Shown one piece after another: positions 52,056 through 61,107 of a stretch of 64,000 nucleotides of DNA; positions within the stretch are counted from its first letter, which is position 1; the number at the start of each line of letters is the position of its first letter. Source of the stretch: a virus; the IMG/VR virus record IMGVR_UViG_3300025695_001209, positions 1 through 64,000 of that record; one strand, written 5' to 3'. Position numbers and translations under genes: made by a program. Below the pieces are notes generated by a model. It was not told where the DNA came from. It searched no databases and was given only the letters and a program-made list of their open reading frames with translations.

Positions 52056-53168
52056 ATGTCAATTATTTTAGAACCACAAAGAACCAAATTATACACGAGA
52101 ATTCGTCACTTACTTGGTGCACCGATTAGGGGTATTGAGTTAGAAGATGAAATGATGGACTCATTATTAGAATTATCTATCGAGGATTATTCTCAATACG
52201 TTAATGATTGGTTAATTGAATCTCAATGGACATCTTTATATGGTCTTAATCAAGATACACAATCAGTTGCTAAGGCACTTATAACCCGTTCTTTAGACTG
52301 GGAAACTCAATACACATACGCATATTCTAAGATTGTGGGATTACAATCGGGTGGAGACTCTGAACTTAAAAAAGATTATTTTGACCTGAAAGCTAATCAA
52401 CAAATATACGAAATACCTGCAGGTAGAGAAATCAATGAACTTCTTTGGTTTACACGTGCTGAGCTTGACGCAGCTTTTTTCGACCCATTTATGGGTGGAT
52501 TTGGTGGATTTGGTGGTATCGGTTTAGGTGGTGGTGCTGGTTTCTCACAAATGGGTGGACAGGGTAATTATTTTGTATCACCAGGTTTTGACATCTTACT
52601 TAGAATGCAAGATATTAACATTAAAAGAAGGATAATTGGTGGTGAACTTACTTACAGAATAACCGCACTTCCTGAAGGTAAAAAAGCAATACACCTATAT
52701 AACGTACCAGGTGGTAAGTTTGATTTTGGTAATATGGCAAACAACAACTACAGAGTATGGTATTGGTATTATGAAACCGAAGATAGAGAGAGTTGTTTAG
52801 ATAAGCACCCTGATATCGTTCGTTTACCGTCTGATGTGAATTTAGAAAACTTAAGATGGGGTGAACTTAATTCACCTGCACAAACATGGGTTCGTAGATG
52901 GTTCACCGCATATGTTAAAGAGACCTTAGGTCGAGTTCGTGGTAAATTTAGTGGTAATTTAAAAACACCAGATTCTGAGTTACAGTTAGAATATGACTCA
53001 TTATTAAGTGAATCTAAAGATGAAAAATCAAAATTAGAGGAAGAGTTAAAAATGAGATTAGAAAGACTTCGTCCTGATAAAATGATGGAAGTTAAGGCTA
53101 ATCAAGCAGAAAGTCTAAACAAATCTTTACAATATAGAGCACTTCCACGTCAGATTTATGTGATTTAA
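52056..53168 (+). CDS. Neck / head-tail adaptor protein (T4 gp13-like)
   Basis: IRHLLGAPIRGIELEDEM, WVRRWFTAYVKETLGRVRGKFSG, LLSESKDEKSKLEEEL match the gp13-like layout. Confidence 0.75.
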   Translation: MSIILEPQRTKLYTRIRHLLGAPIRGIELEDEMMDSLLELSIEDYSQYVNDWLIESQWTSLYGLNQDTQSVAKALITRSLDWETQYTYAYSKIVGLQSGGDSELKKDYFDLKANQQIYEIPAGREINELLWFTRAELDAAFFDPFMGGFGGFGGIGLGGGAGFSQMGGQGNYFVSPGFDILLRMQDINIKRRIIGGELTYRITALPEGKKAIHLYNVPGGKFDFGNMANNNYRVWYWYYETEDRESCLDKHPDIVRLPSDVNLENLRWGELNSPAQTWVRRWFTAYVKETLGRVRGKFSGNLKTPDSELQLEYDSLLSESKDEKSKLEEELKMRLERLRPDKMMEVKANQAESLNKSLQYRALPRQIYVI

Positions 53169-53169
53169 A

Positions 53170-53502
53170 ATGGGAATATTTAAAAGTTATCCCGTCACTA
53201 AAATTGTTGGTGGTTTAGAAGTTAAAACCTCAGATTCAATTATATTAACTGATGAGTCTTACACTACTAATGGTGAGTCAGCAATTGTAGTTAAAAAAGT
53301 TGATAAATGTGTCATCACATTAGATGAAAAAACAACAGACCACATTACGATTAAATCAATGACTAATGTTACTATCAAAAGTGAATCGCTTATTGATGAT
53401 GAGTATAATCAAATTGAAACCGAAAGAGGTGCATCTGTCGAACTTAAATTTATTGGTAGAACATGGTACGTTATGTCGTCCGATGGTTTAAAAAACTCTT
53501 AA
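53170..53502 (+). CDS. Small beta-rich hypothetical (fibre/decoration-like) protein
   Basis: 110 aa ending GASVELKFIGRTWYVM, a pattern seen in fibre modules. Confidence 0.55.
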   Translation: MGIFKSYPVTKIVGGLEVKTSDSIILTDESYTTNGESAIVVKKVDKCVITLDEKTTDHITIKSMTNVTIKSESLIDDEYNQIETERGASVELKFIGRTWYVMSSDGLKNS

Positions 53503-56342
53503 CCAAATAATGATTTTTGGTTAGTTTCTATTTTTTTTCTAACTATTTTTTTCTTTTCTGCAATGTAAGGTTTTTCCTCGTCTCTAACATTATCCACTTC
53601 AAGACCTAACATAATGTCACCATTTTTCTTTACATAGTCAGTATCTACCTTGTCGATTGTACCGTCAACATACATGTAATATGGGTCAATACCTACCTTT
53701 TTCCAAAACTCGACTTCGGTATCGGATAAAGTTAATACCTCCTCTAACATATCTTGGTCACCTTCTCTACGAGGGAAACCACGAACTAACTCAGATTGTG
53801 TCTTAGTGAAAACTGGTTGGTCAGCGGGGTCCTCAATTAAAATATCAGGACGGATTTCGGGTGAAAATACAACTAATAAGGGTTCAATTCTTTTATTAAA
53901 CGCCGCTAAATAACGAGGTACATTATACTCACCTAACATGTCAGGACTCTCAGTTAAGTATTCCTCGTTTATGTGGTAACAATTTAACACCACCTCATCT
54001 TTTTTCTTTTGAACATCACCGTGTGATTTTCTCTCACCATTATTCACATAGTAGATAGTGTCACCCAACCCAATAGGTAAATTATGTTTTATTGCCAATT
54101 CCATATGTGCTTGACGAGACATAAATGAACCCGATTTAGTTCTTTTAGTTATATGTTTTTTATAATCTTCGATACTTTGTTTAACACGGGCTTTGTTGGC
54201 AATTTTCGCTATTGGTATTTTTTTGTTAAAAATAATATCTACATACTCGTAGTAATAGTCTAAGAATTCATGACCTTTTCCATCTAATAACATACGAAGA
54301 CTTTTATCTAAGAAATCTGCAACATATGTGGGTAATTTTTTAGATTTAATAGTATTACCCGTTAGTTTTACTTTTCCTTTATCTGTTAATAGTGCGTAGT
54401 TCTTACGTGCAACATTTATAGTTGCCGGCCATTGTCCATCTGTGTCTAACCCCATTTCATTCCTCATGAAGATATCGTTATATTCCGCAACATCTGCCTC
54501 TGAACCATAATACGTTTTACCTTTTTCAACTAATCCATTTAACCCAAGACCCACATAACTATGTTGGTCCTTACCTTCAGGTACTGAAAAGTTAACACCA
54601 TCCGTATCCATAACTAATGGTTTGTAATCTCTTTCCATAAACCACATAATCATTTGTCTTAAGTATTGTCGACCAGTACATGTTATTTGTTCACCCATAT
54701 CCATATCTCCCCATGGGAATACGTGAGGTGCTGACAATGAACCAAAGAAGGCGTTAATAAAAATCTTAATTGGTAATTGTTTACGATTATACTGTGAGGA
54801 AAGTTTAGGGTCTGTCTTTGAATAGTCAGCAGCCAATTTCTTATATTTAATACGTGTATCACGGAAATACTTCAACATACTCTTCATTGCCCCTGTTACA
54901 TCACATTTAGGGAAGACATCATGAACTAACTGAATAGAAGGGTATAGTGAAGAGTAATCAAGTTTCAATACGTCTGTTGAGTACCCAACAGCCAATAATC
55001 TCGATAACCCACCTGTAAATGGTCGTTTCTCACCTTTCTTAGGGATTGCTAAACCATGCTTATACGACCATGACGCCATAATCATCTTCCATAAAGTTGC
55101 GGTACCCATAGTTGAAAGTCTCTCATACGTTGTTGGTACTAACTTAGCCAAAAGAAAGTTAGCTTGATTAAATTCCTCATCAACAACCATGGTCTCCCAT
55201 ATATCATCATAAAGATACCTTTCCACAATGTACTTACCGTTTACCTTTTCATAATGTCCAGGAAATCTCTCCATAAGATTTTCAGTTCCCTTTGAACCAA
55301 CCTCTTTAAACCCACCTGTTTTTGGGTTGAAGTAATAGTCTTTATTGTCAAAATAAGTTTTACCAATCTTATCACCCTGAACATAAACACGATTTTCCTT
55401 TTCTGCACCAATAAATTGTGTGATATACTTCAGTCCCCAACTTTTGATATCGGAATTAATCGCTTGTGCCCTACGTACTGCATGTGCAATATCGACAACA
55501 TTATATCCCCACATCTGCATCTGAACAAAATCCTCCATTTCATTTGCAAGTTTAAGGATACTATCTTTTTGTCTAAACTTCACTTCAGGGTTTAGGGTCC
55601 TGATTATCTTTTTAGGGTCTAACCCTAATATCTCAGCCCTACGGATTAAAAATGGAAAATCAAAAAATGCTGAGTTATATCCACCAATCAACGTTGGTTT
55701 TAACTGGTTAACTATTTTAAAGAACTCGATAATAAGTTGTCTCTCTTCTTCATCGTTGTTTGCTGCAATAACCTTTTCAAAACCTTTATTGTCTTTCATA
55801 CCAATAAGGAAGATACTACTTTCTTCGGGTGATAAACCAGTCGTTTCAATATCGAATACGAATCTATGTACTTCGTCATACTCGTCAAAACCTTTAAACA
55901 GTCTCTTTCCCTTTTGACATAGATATTGTTCAACAGGTGACATTATCATTATATGTTCTGAATTACCTCTTTCCCATGGGTCTAACCCACCTCCCTTAAA
56001 AAAGTTAACTAGGTTTGAGTAAGACTTTGTAGTCTTAACCATATACTTTAAACCTTGTTCCATTCTCTCATCACCATGGGTATCTAATTTCTCAATTAGT
56101 ATTCCGTGTGTTGACATTGCTTGTTTTTGGGCAGCTTTAGACCCACCGTAAAACTTTTTACCGTGAAGGTCACCAACCCATGCAAATGGAATAAATGTGT
56201 CTTGTTTGATTTGTTTGCCCTGAATTGGGTCTTGAATTACCTTAAATACTTTTCCTGAACGATAGTCGTATTCTAACGCTACAATATACTTTTCAGGGTC
56301 CTCTCCTAATAGGAATTGTTCAATTACTTCTTGTGATACCAT
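53499..56342 (-). CDS. polB: DNA polymerase, family B
   Basis: Exonuclease motifs FDIETTG, GYNSAFFDFPFL, YLYDD. Polymerase motifs LDYSSLYPS, KIFINAFFG, ITCTGR, MDTDG. Confidence 0.96.
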   Translation of the reverse strand: MVSQEVIEQFLLGEDPEKYIVALEYDYRSGKVFKVIQDPIQGKQIKQDTFIPFAWVGDLHGKKFYGGSKAAQKQAMSTHGILIEKLDTHGDERMEQGLKYMVKTTKSYSNLVNFFKGGGLDPWERGNSEHIMIMSPVEQYLCQKGKRLFKGFDEYDEVHRFVFDIETTGLSPEESSIFLIGMKDNKGFEKVIAANNDEEERQLIIEFFKIVNQLKPTLIGGYNSAFFDFPFLIRRAEILGLDPKKIIRTLNPEVKFRQKDSILKLANEMEDFVQMQMWGYNVVDIAHAVRRAQAINSDIKSWGLKYITQFIGAEKENRVYVQGDKIGKTYFDNKDYYFNPKTGGFKEVGSKGTENLMERFPGHYEKVNGKYIVERYLYDDIWETMVVDEEFNQANFLLAKLVPTTYERLSTMGTATLWKMIMASWSYKHGLAIPKKGEKRPFTGGLSRLLAVGYSTDVLKLDYSSLYPSIQLVHDVFPKCDVTGAMKSMLKYFRDTRIKYKKLAADYSKTDPKLSSQYNRKQLPIKIFINAFFGSLSAPHVFPWGDMDMGEQITCTGRQYLRQMIMWFMERDYKPLVMDTDGVNFSVPEGKDQHSYVGLGLNGLVEKGKTYYGSEADVAEYNDIFMRNEMGLDTDGQWPATINVARKNYALLTDKGKVKLTGNTIKSKKLPTYVADFLDKSLRMLLDGKGHEFLDYYYEYVDIIFNKKIPIAKIANKARVKQSIEDYKKHITKRTKSGSFMSRQAHMELAIKHNLPIGLGDTIYYVNNGERKSHGDVQKKKDEVVLNCYHINEEYLTESPDMLGEYNVPRYLAAFNKRIEPLLVVFSPEIRPDILIEDPADQPVFTKTQSELVRGFPRREGDQDMLEEVLTLSDTEVEFWKKVGIDPYYMYVDGTIDKVDTDYVKKNGDIMLGLEVDNVRDEEKPYIAEKKKIVRKKIETNQKSLFG

Positions 56343-56414
56343 AATATTTTTTGTTCGTTTGAGACATTATACTCACATCGTGTTGATGTGATTACTCTTA
56401 ACATTTAATTACAG

Positions 56415-56445
56415 TAAAGGTAATAATTAATATTGGATTATCAAA
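56415..56445 (-). promoter_or_regulatory. Bacteroidota-type promoter upstream of the DNA polymerase
   Basis: Minus strand TTTG-19 nt-TACCTTTA, one mismatch to TAnnTTTG. Confidence 0.55.
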
Positions 56446-56794
56446 TGATATTGATATAAAGGTTTTCTCTTATTGGTGCAATTAGTTCGCCCATTGAGTT
56501 AATGATTGAAAACTCACCGAGATAACGACCTTTTCGTTTTGTGTCCCTTAATGACCACTTATAATAAATGTAGTAAGTCATTGGAGCGTCGGGATTGTCT
56601 TGTGTTTTTTCAGTGATGAAAGCATTATTCATTACGATTTTAGGAACACCTGTTGACTCTTCCTTCATTGAAAAACGAATGGTTGCATTGTCTAAATCTG
56701 CATCGAATACCTTCCATGAGTCTGTTCGACCATCACGTACCACCTCCATTTTTAAGATTGGGAGTTCACTATTCTGTTTTATAAAAAATTCCAT
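56441..56794 (-). CDS. BppU N-terminal-like Ig-fold structural protein, paralog 1
   Basis: MEFFIKQNSELPILKMEV...ATIRFSM...YKWSLRDTKRKGRYLGEFSI...LYINI. Confidence 0.6.
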   Translation of the reverse strand: MEFFIKQNSELPILKMEVVRDGRTDSWKVFDADLDNATIRFSMKEESTGVPKIVMNNAFITEKTQDNPDAPMTYYIYYKWSLRDTKRKGRYLGEFSIINSMGELIAPIRENLYINII

Positions 56795-56823
56795 ATATGA
56801 TATAAATACCCTTAAAAACTTAT

Positions 56824-57201
56824 TTATTTGTTTCTACGACAACACATTTCAGTATCGGCAAAAGAATCCGAAACTGTGATATTAAGGTTACTTTCAATAG
56901 GTACCTCATATGTTCCACGTTCGTTTGTTATAGTGAAGAACCCACGGTATCTACCACTTTTATTCGTATTTTTTTTTGAAAACTGATAAGACAGAGCATA
57001 TCCACTACCGTCATCCATTAATTTTATAGTTGCCGGTGAGTTGGCTATTTTCATCACATTATTCTTAATGTCCACCATTGAAAATGTTATTGTAGATGCA
57101 GAGATGTTTTTGTCGAGCTGGTTATAACCGTTTCTTGATTCATTTAAAACCTCAACTTGTAATTTAGGTAGAGTACTATTTTTCTTTATGTAAAATTCCA
57201 C
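56824..57201 (-). CDS. BppU N-terminal-like Ig-fold structural protein, paralog 2
   Basis: MEFYIKKNSTLPKLQVEV...STITFSM...YQFSKKNTNKSGRYRGFFTI...LNITV, colinear with paralog 1. Confidence 0.6.
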   Translation of the reverse strand: MEFYIKKNSTLPKLQVEVLNESRNGYNQLDKNISASTITFSMVDIKNNVMKIANSPATIKLMDDGSGYALSYQFSKKNTNKSGRYRGFFTITNERGTYEVPIESNLNITVSDSFADTEMCCRRNK

Positions 57202-57216
57202 AATTATTTAATTTTT

Positions 57217-59211
57217 TTAAACGTTAAATCCAAAACCACAATCTGTTTCGACCACATCGAATCCAAATGCACATCCTTCGTCGACAACATTAAACCCAAA
57301 ATTACACGAGACATCATTCATTACAAAATCAAAATTACAAGTCTCTAAATCGATGTTAAAGTCAAAGAAACAATTTGCTAGAATTTCTAAACAATTTGGA
57401 CACCAAAAATCAAATAAATCATAAGTGTCTCTTTCAATTCTAAAATTATGTTGTACTTGAGGTGAACTTAAGGGTTCAATATAAAATCTCATTTTTGAAA
57501 TACCACCCATAAATGTACCACCAAAATTGGGTTCCATTTCAATATTAGTGACAAGTATCGGTTCATATGTCGTCCCTGAAATCATTTCATTCGGCATACA
57601 CTCCGGGTCCTGTATATAAGGACCATCTAAAGTATTACAGGATGTTGGTATTAAACTTTCTCTTAATCCTTGTGTCCCACCACCCCATGAAATGGTGTAT
57701 GGTACCCCAATCTGTTTTTCTTTTTCAGTATTTAATTCGTGAGGGATAATCTCCTCAAAGTCTTCGATTACCATAAACAAGTAACCGTTGACGTATAGTT
57801 TTAAGGACCCGCGTCTATCGTCTACTTGGTCTAACCAATTTTGTGACCACTGTATGTTACCGACTTTTGTGTCGTTGGCACCACTAGGTCCGATTAATTT
57901 AACGGTATTTCCGGCTGTAGATGCTGTGTACGACTGAGTTCGTATATCATTTAACCCCCCATCGTTTAGTAAGTCACAGTTTTCTAAGTATTTATATCGT
58001 TCAAACACTGCAGACAGCATAACCCATCTTTCTTCAGTTTTTTCTGACTCATTAATAGGGAACCCACATACGTCATAAATTCCAGCAGTAGAACATATTT
58101 CATTTATACAATATCCTGATGAATATGTGGTACCCGTATTTTCGCAAGTACCTGTGGTTACACAGCTACCGGTATATTTAATATACTTAACACATATTTT
58201 AGGATTTTTTGGGTCACCACTTAACTGTAGTGATATGGCGTTAGATAAGACATCAAGTGCGGGGTCTGACTCTTTATTTGGGTATATTGTTATATTACCA
58301 CACGTTTTAAAACAATCCACTAATGAACTAGTGACCCTTTGATATAATTCAACAGACGCACTACGTACAATCTCGTCAGAATTACAAATAAAAAGACCTT
58401 TATATATAACAGGAATACCTGTTGCTTTATGATAGAATTTATTCTCAGAACGACTTCCAAGAAAAAAGAACGTTCCGGCATTATCAGGATACACATCGTT
58501 AAGATATTCTTGGTTGTCCATTAACTCAAACTCATCGAATTGACGTGGTTTTAATATCGTCTCCATAGACCACCCTTTATTTACCCTTTCAGGTAAAATT
58601 TCATAGTCATACCCATGTAGTTTATAAAAACCCTGAAAAAAACCTCCGTATAATTCTTGGTAGTAACCAACAGAGTCATCTACTTTATCAACAATGTTAT
58701 ATACGGTTTCCTTATCTTTACCCTGAAATCTCGTGTTAGGTAAATTGTTAAATGTACCAACAGGGTGTAACTTCATTCTCCTATCGTGGTATAGTGGGTC
58801 ATAAGTTTTAGATGGAAAAACACCCATAGAGTAATATAAGGTATCACCTGTTATCTTATTAAATAATCCAACATCAATCATGGTTAGACCTGCATCACAA
58901 GTACCGTTAAATTCTGTGTAACAACTAAGGTCATCATTATTTGGGTTATAATAATTTAAAGAAGTAAAAGTGTTTGCGGTATTTGAGACACCCCAATAAA
59001 GATTTGGTTTAGATGTCGTCCCTAGTTGAGTTAAATCTATATTGACTGGTAATCGATTACCGTCATCAGCGGCGATTACTTTATCTGAGAAAACAACCTC
59101 ACTATCATAATTCTCTTCATCGGAAGATAAAGTTATGTCAAAATACTCGCTGGAATCCAACTTAACCTTAAATCTTTTGAAGTTATAACCATTAATGCTC
59201 TGACCTGCCAT
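57217..59211 (-). CDS. LamG / concanavalin-A-like domain structural protein with C-terminal Cys repeats
   Basis: WVMLSAVF...GSLKLYVNG...ISWGGG...FMGGISKMRFYIEPLSSPQVQHNF. Confidence 0.65.
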   Translation of the reverse strand: MAGQSINGYNFKRFKVKLDSSEYFDITLSSDEENYDSEVVFSDKVIAADDGNRLPVNIDLTQLGTTSKPNLYWGVSNTANTFTSLNYYNPNNDDLSCYTEFNGTCDAGLTMIDVGLFNKITGDTLYYSMGVFPSKTYDPLYHDRRMKLHPVGTFNNLPNTRFQGKDKETVYNIVDKVDDSVGYYQELYGGFFQGFYKLHGYDYEILPERVNKGWSMETILKPRQFDEFELMDNQEYLNDVYPDNAGTFFFLGSRSENKFYHKATGIPVIYKGLFICNSDEIVRSASVELYQRVTSSLVDCFKTCGNITIYPNKESDPALDVLSNAISLQLSGDPKNPKICVKYIKYTGSCVTTGTCENTGTTYSSGYCINEICSTAGIYDVCGFPINESEKTEERWVMLSAVFERYKYLENCDLLNDGGLNDIRTQSYTASTAGNTVKLIGPSGANDTKVGNIQWSQNWLDQVDDRRGSLKLYVNGYLFMVIEDFEEIIPHELNTEKEKQIGVPYTISWGGGTQGLRESLIPTSCNTLDGPYIQDPECMPNEMISGTTYEPILVTNIEMEPNFGGTFMGGISKMRFYIEPLSSPQVQHNFRIERDTYDLFDFWCPNCLEILANCFFDFNIDLETCNFDFVMNDVSCNFGFNVVDEGCAFGFDVVETDCGFGFNV
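57220..57372 (-). repeat. Five copies of an 11-aa CxFxFxV/I repeat (33 nt), last copy partial
   Basis: CFFDFNIDLET CNFDFVMNDVS CNFGFNVVDEG CAFGFDVVETD CGFGFNV. Confidence 0.85.
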
Positions 59212-59224
59212 TCTCTTTTTTATG

Positions 59225-59251
59225 ATAAATACTTTCTTTGTTGTATTTATA
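59225..59251. promoter_or_regulatory. Back-to-back divergent TATTTAT(A) motifs, candidate phage late promoters
   Basis: ATAAATA at 59225 serves the minus-strand gene at 59211. TATTTATA at 59244 serves the plus-strand gene at 59259. Confidence 0.65.
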
Positions 59252-59258
59252 GTAAAAA

Positions 59259-59966
59259 ATGAGTATGATTAAGTCCGATATCTTTAGAAAAAAAAGTGCA
59301 GCTGAAGAGAAAGCACTTAAAATGGGATGTAAAGGTACCCACAAACACGATGGTGGGTTCATGCCTTGTAATTCACATTCCGAATGGGAAAAAATAAGTT
59401 CAGTAAGTGAAAAAGAAGAAATTGACGAGTTAGTTGATTATGACGGGACTATGAATAACTCAAAAATCCCGATATTAGACCCTAATGTTACCCCAAAGAA
59501 AACCACAGACCAAACAGTTGCTGCTTCACGTACAAAACAAGACCCATATGCTTTAGGGTTTAGAAGGTATATTGGTGAAGAGGATATGTCTTCGGCATTT
59601 GGATGGGAAGAAACTGAAGATATGGGTTTCGATGAGACTATAGAATATTTAGAGAAACAATTAGGTGTAGACAATGCTGAGGAAAGGGCCGAGGAAATGG
59701 GTAAGGACGATAAGTTAGAAAAGAAAAAAACACCAGGTTCTTTCACAAGAATGAGACTTCAAGAAAAGGAAAAAATGTTCACGAAAGAACAAGTAATGAA
59801 AATGAAAGAAGATTTACTTGTCGATAAAAACTCAGATAACGGAGTACAATCCACAAATAAGGAGATTTCTAAAATCATACTTAGAAATATTAAAGCACTT
59901 AAGAAATTATCCAAAAAAGAAGGTATCAGTACTCAACAACTTATAACTCTATTAAAAAATGAATAA
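59259..59966 (+). CDS. Hypothetical protein with N-terminal DUF3721-like Cys/His motif
   Basis: AAEEKALKMGCKGTHKHDGGFMPCNSH followed by an acidic/charged body. Confidence 0.6.
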   Translation: MSMIKSDIFRKKSAAEEKALKMGCKGTHKHDGGFMPCNSHSEWEKISSVSEKEEIDELVDYDGTMNNSKIPILDPNVTPKKTTDQTVAASRTKQDPYALGFRRYIGEEDMSSAFGWEETEDMGFDETIEYLEKQLGVDNAEERAEEMGKDDKLEKKKTPGSFTRMRLQEKEKMFTKEQVMKMKEDLLVDKNSDNGVQSTNKEISKIILRNIKALKKLSKKEGISTQQLITLLKNE

Positions 59967-60414
59967 AAATCTTTACGATAGAAAAGCAAAACTACCAAAA
60001 TCACTAATAAAACATTTAGAAGAATGTGGTACGTCAGTTGATGCAGATTCAAATACTGAGGGTTTTAATCGTAATAAAGAACTCAGAGAAACAGGAGTAG
60101 CATCTTACCAACAAATAAAAAGAATTAAAAATTGGTTCGACTCTTTTGGTGGTAACAAAGAAGACGCTCCGTTTATATTAAATGGTGGTGACAGAATGCA
60201 AAAATGGTGTGGTCACGTTTTAGACCATTGGAGGTCAGTAGAACAAGGAGGTAAAAAAAGAAAAGCCGATGGAGGGATGGAAAACCAATTCATTGATAAC
60301 CATGAAAAAAATGGTTTAGTAGTAAACCCACATGATAAACATGAAAAGGGTATTAATAAGTTCGATACGACAATAAAAGAGAGTATCATTAAAAGATTTA
60401 AAAGATTAACATAA
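59959..60414 (+). CDS. Hypothetical protein, possibly head-associated
   Basis: 151 aa, SYQQIKRIKNWFD...LNGGDRMQKW, overlaps upstream stop. Confidence 0.6.
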   Translation: MNKNLYDRKAKLPKSLIKHLEECGTSVDADSNTEGFNRNKELRETGVASYQQIKRIKNWFDSFGGNKEDAPFILNGGDRMQKWCGHVLDHWRSVEQGGKKRKADGGMENQFIDNHEKNGLVVNPHDKHEKGINKFDTTIKESIIKRFKRLT

Positions 60415-60415
60415 A

Positions 60416-60712
60416 ATGGCAGAACAAAACGACAGATTAGATTTTTCACAACCAAAGAATAGTTTGAGTGAAATCGCAGAAAGAGAAAGAGCAAAACTTT
60501 TCCCACGTAATGACTATTCACCTCTTTCAGACAAGTATTCGGCGGAACATCCTGATGCTTTAGCTGACGGAGACGATGAAGGTAGAGGTACAGGAGTATT
60601 TTTAGATATACATAATTTAGGTGGTGGTACAAGTACCGACATCAATGAAAGAAATGACGATATCAAAATTAATAAGTACAACTATAAAAACGGTTATAAA
60701 GTAGAGGACTAA
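60416..60712 (+). CDS. Hypothetical protein
   Basis: 98 aa, coupled within the operon. Confidence 0.6.
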   Translation: MAEQNDRLDFSQPKNSLSEIAERERAKLFPRNDYSPLSDKYSAEHPDALADGDDEGRGTGVFLDIHNLGGGTSTDINERNDDIKINKYNYKNGYKVED

Positions 60713-61107
60713 TGAAACTACAGGAAACCCTAAGGTCGGTTCTTTTAGAGGTGGCGTCAATGGATGACGTACAAAGAGCGATAAAACAAAAACAAGTGGT
60801 CACCATATTCTATGATGGTGACGAACCTGGTGGTCGTGGTTTTAGAACTATTGAACCTGTTTGTTTTGGGTTTTCAAAAGCGGGTAATAGAGTCTTACGA
60901 GGTTGGGACATGGAAGGTGCGTCTCACACCGCATTAAAAGGTGAACAACCCTTACCAGGGTGGAGATTATTTAGGTTAGATAAGATAACGACATTTAAAC
61001 CTACCTTAGATAACTTTACATCTCCCAGACCCGGCTATAACTTTAATGGGGACAAGAGTATGTCAAGAGTAATAATCAACGCACAATTTAATAACGAAAA
61101 TGAATAA
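60712..61107 (+). CDS. Stand-alone WYL-domain protein
   Basis: AIKQKQVVTIFY...RTIEPVCFG...VLRGWD...WRLFRLDKI is the WYL signature. No HTH or WCX domain. Confidence 0.8.
   Translation: MKLQETLRSVLLEVASMDDVQRAIKQKQVVTIFYDGDEPGGRGFRTIEPVCFGFSKAGNRVLRGWDMEGASHTALKGEQPLPGWRLFRLDKITTFKPTLDNFTSPRPGYNFNGDKSMSRVIINAQFNNENE

Noticed and set aside
18706-56342. Inteins, introns or homing endonucleases in nrdA, nrdB, helicase, recA or polB
   Set aside because: Proteins are of normal length with contiguous motifs. No intein splice-junction or LAGLIDADG/HNH signatures seen.
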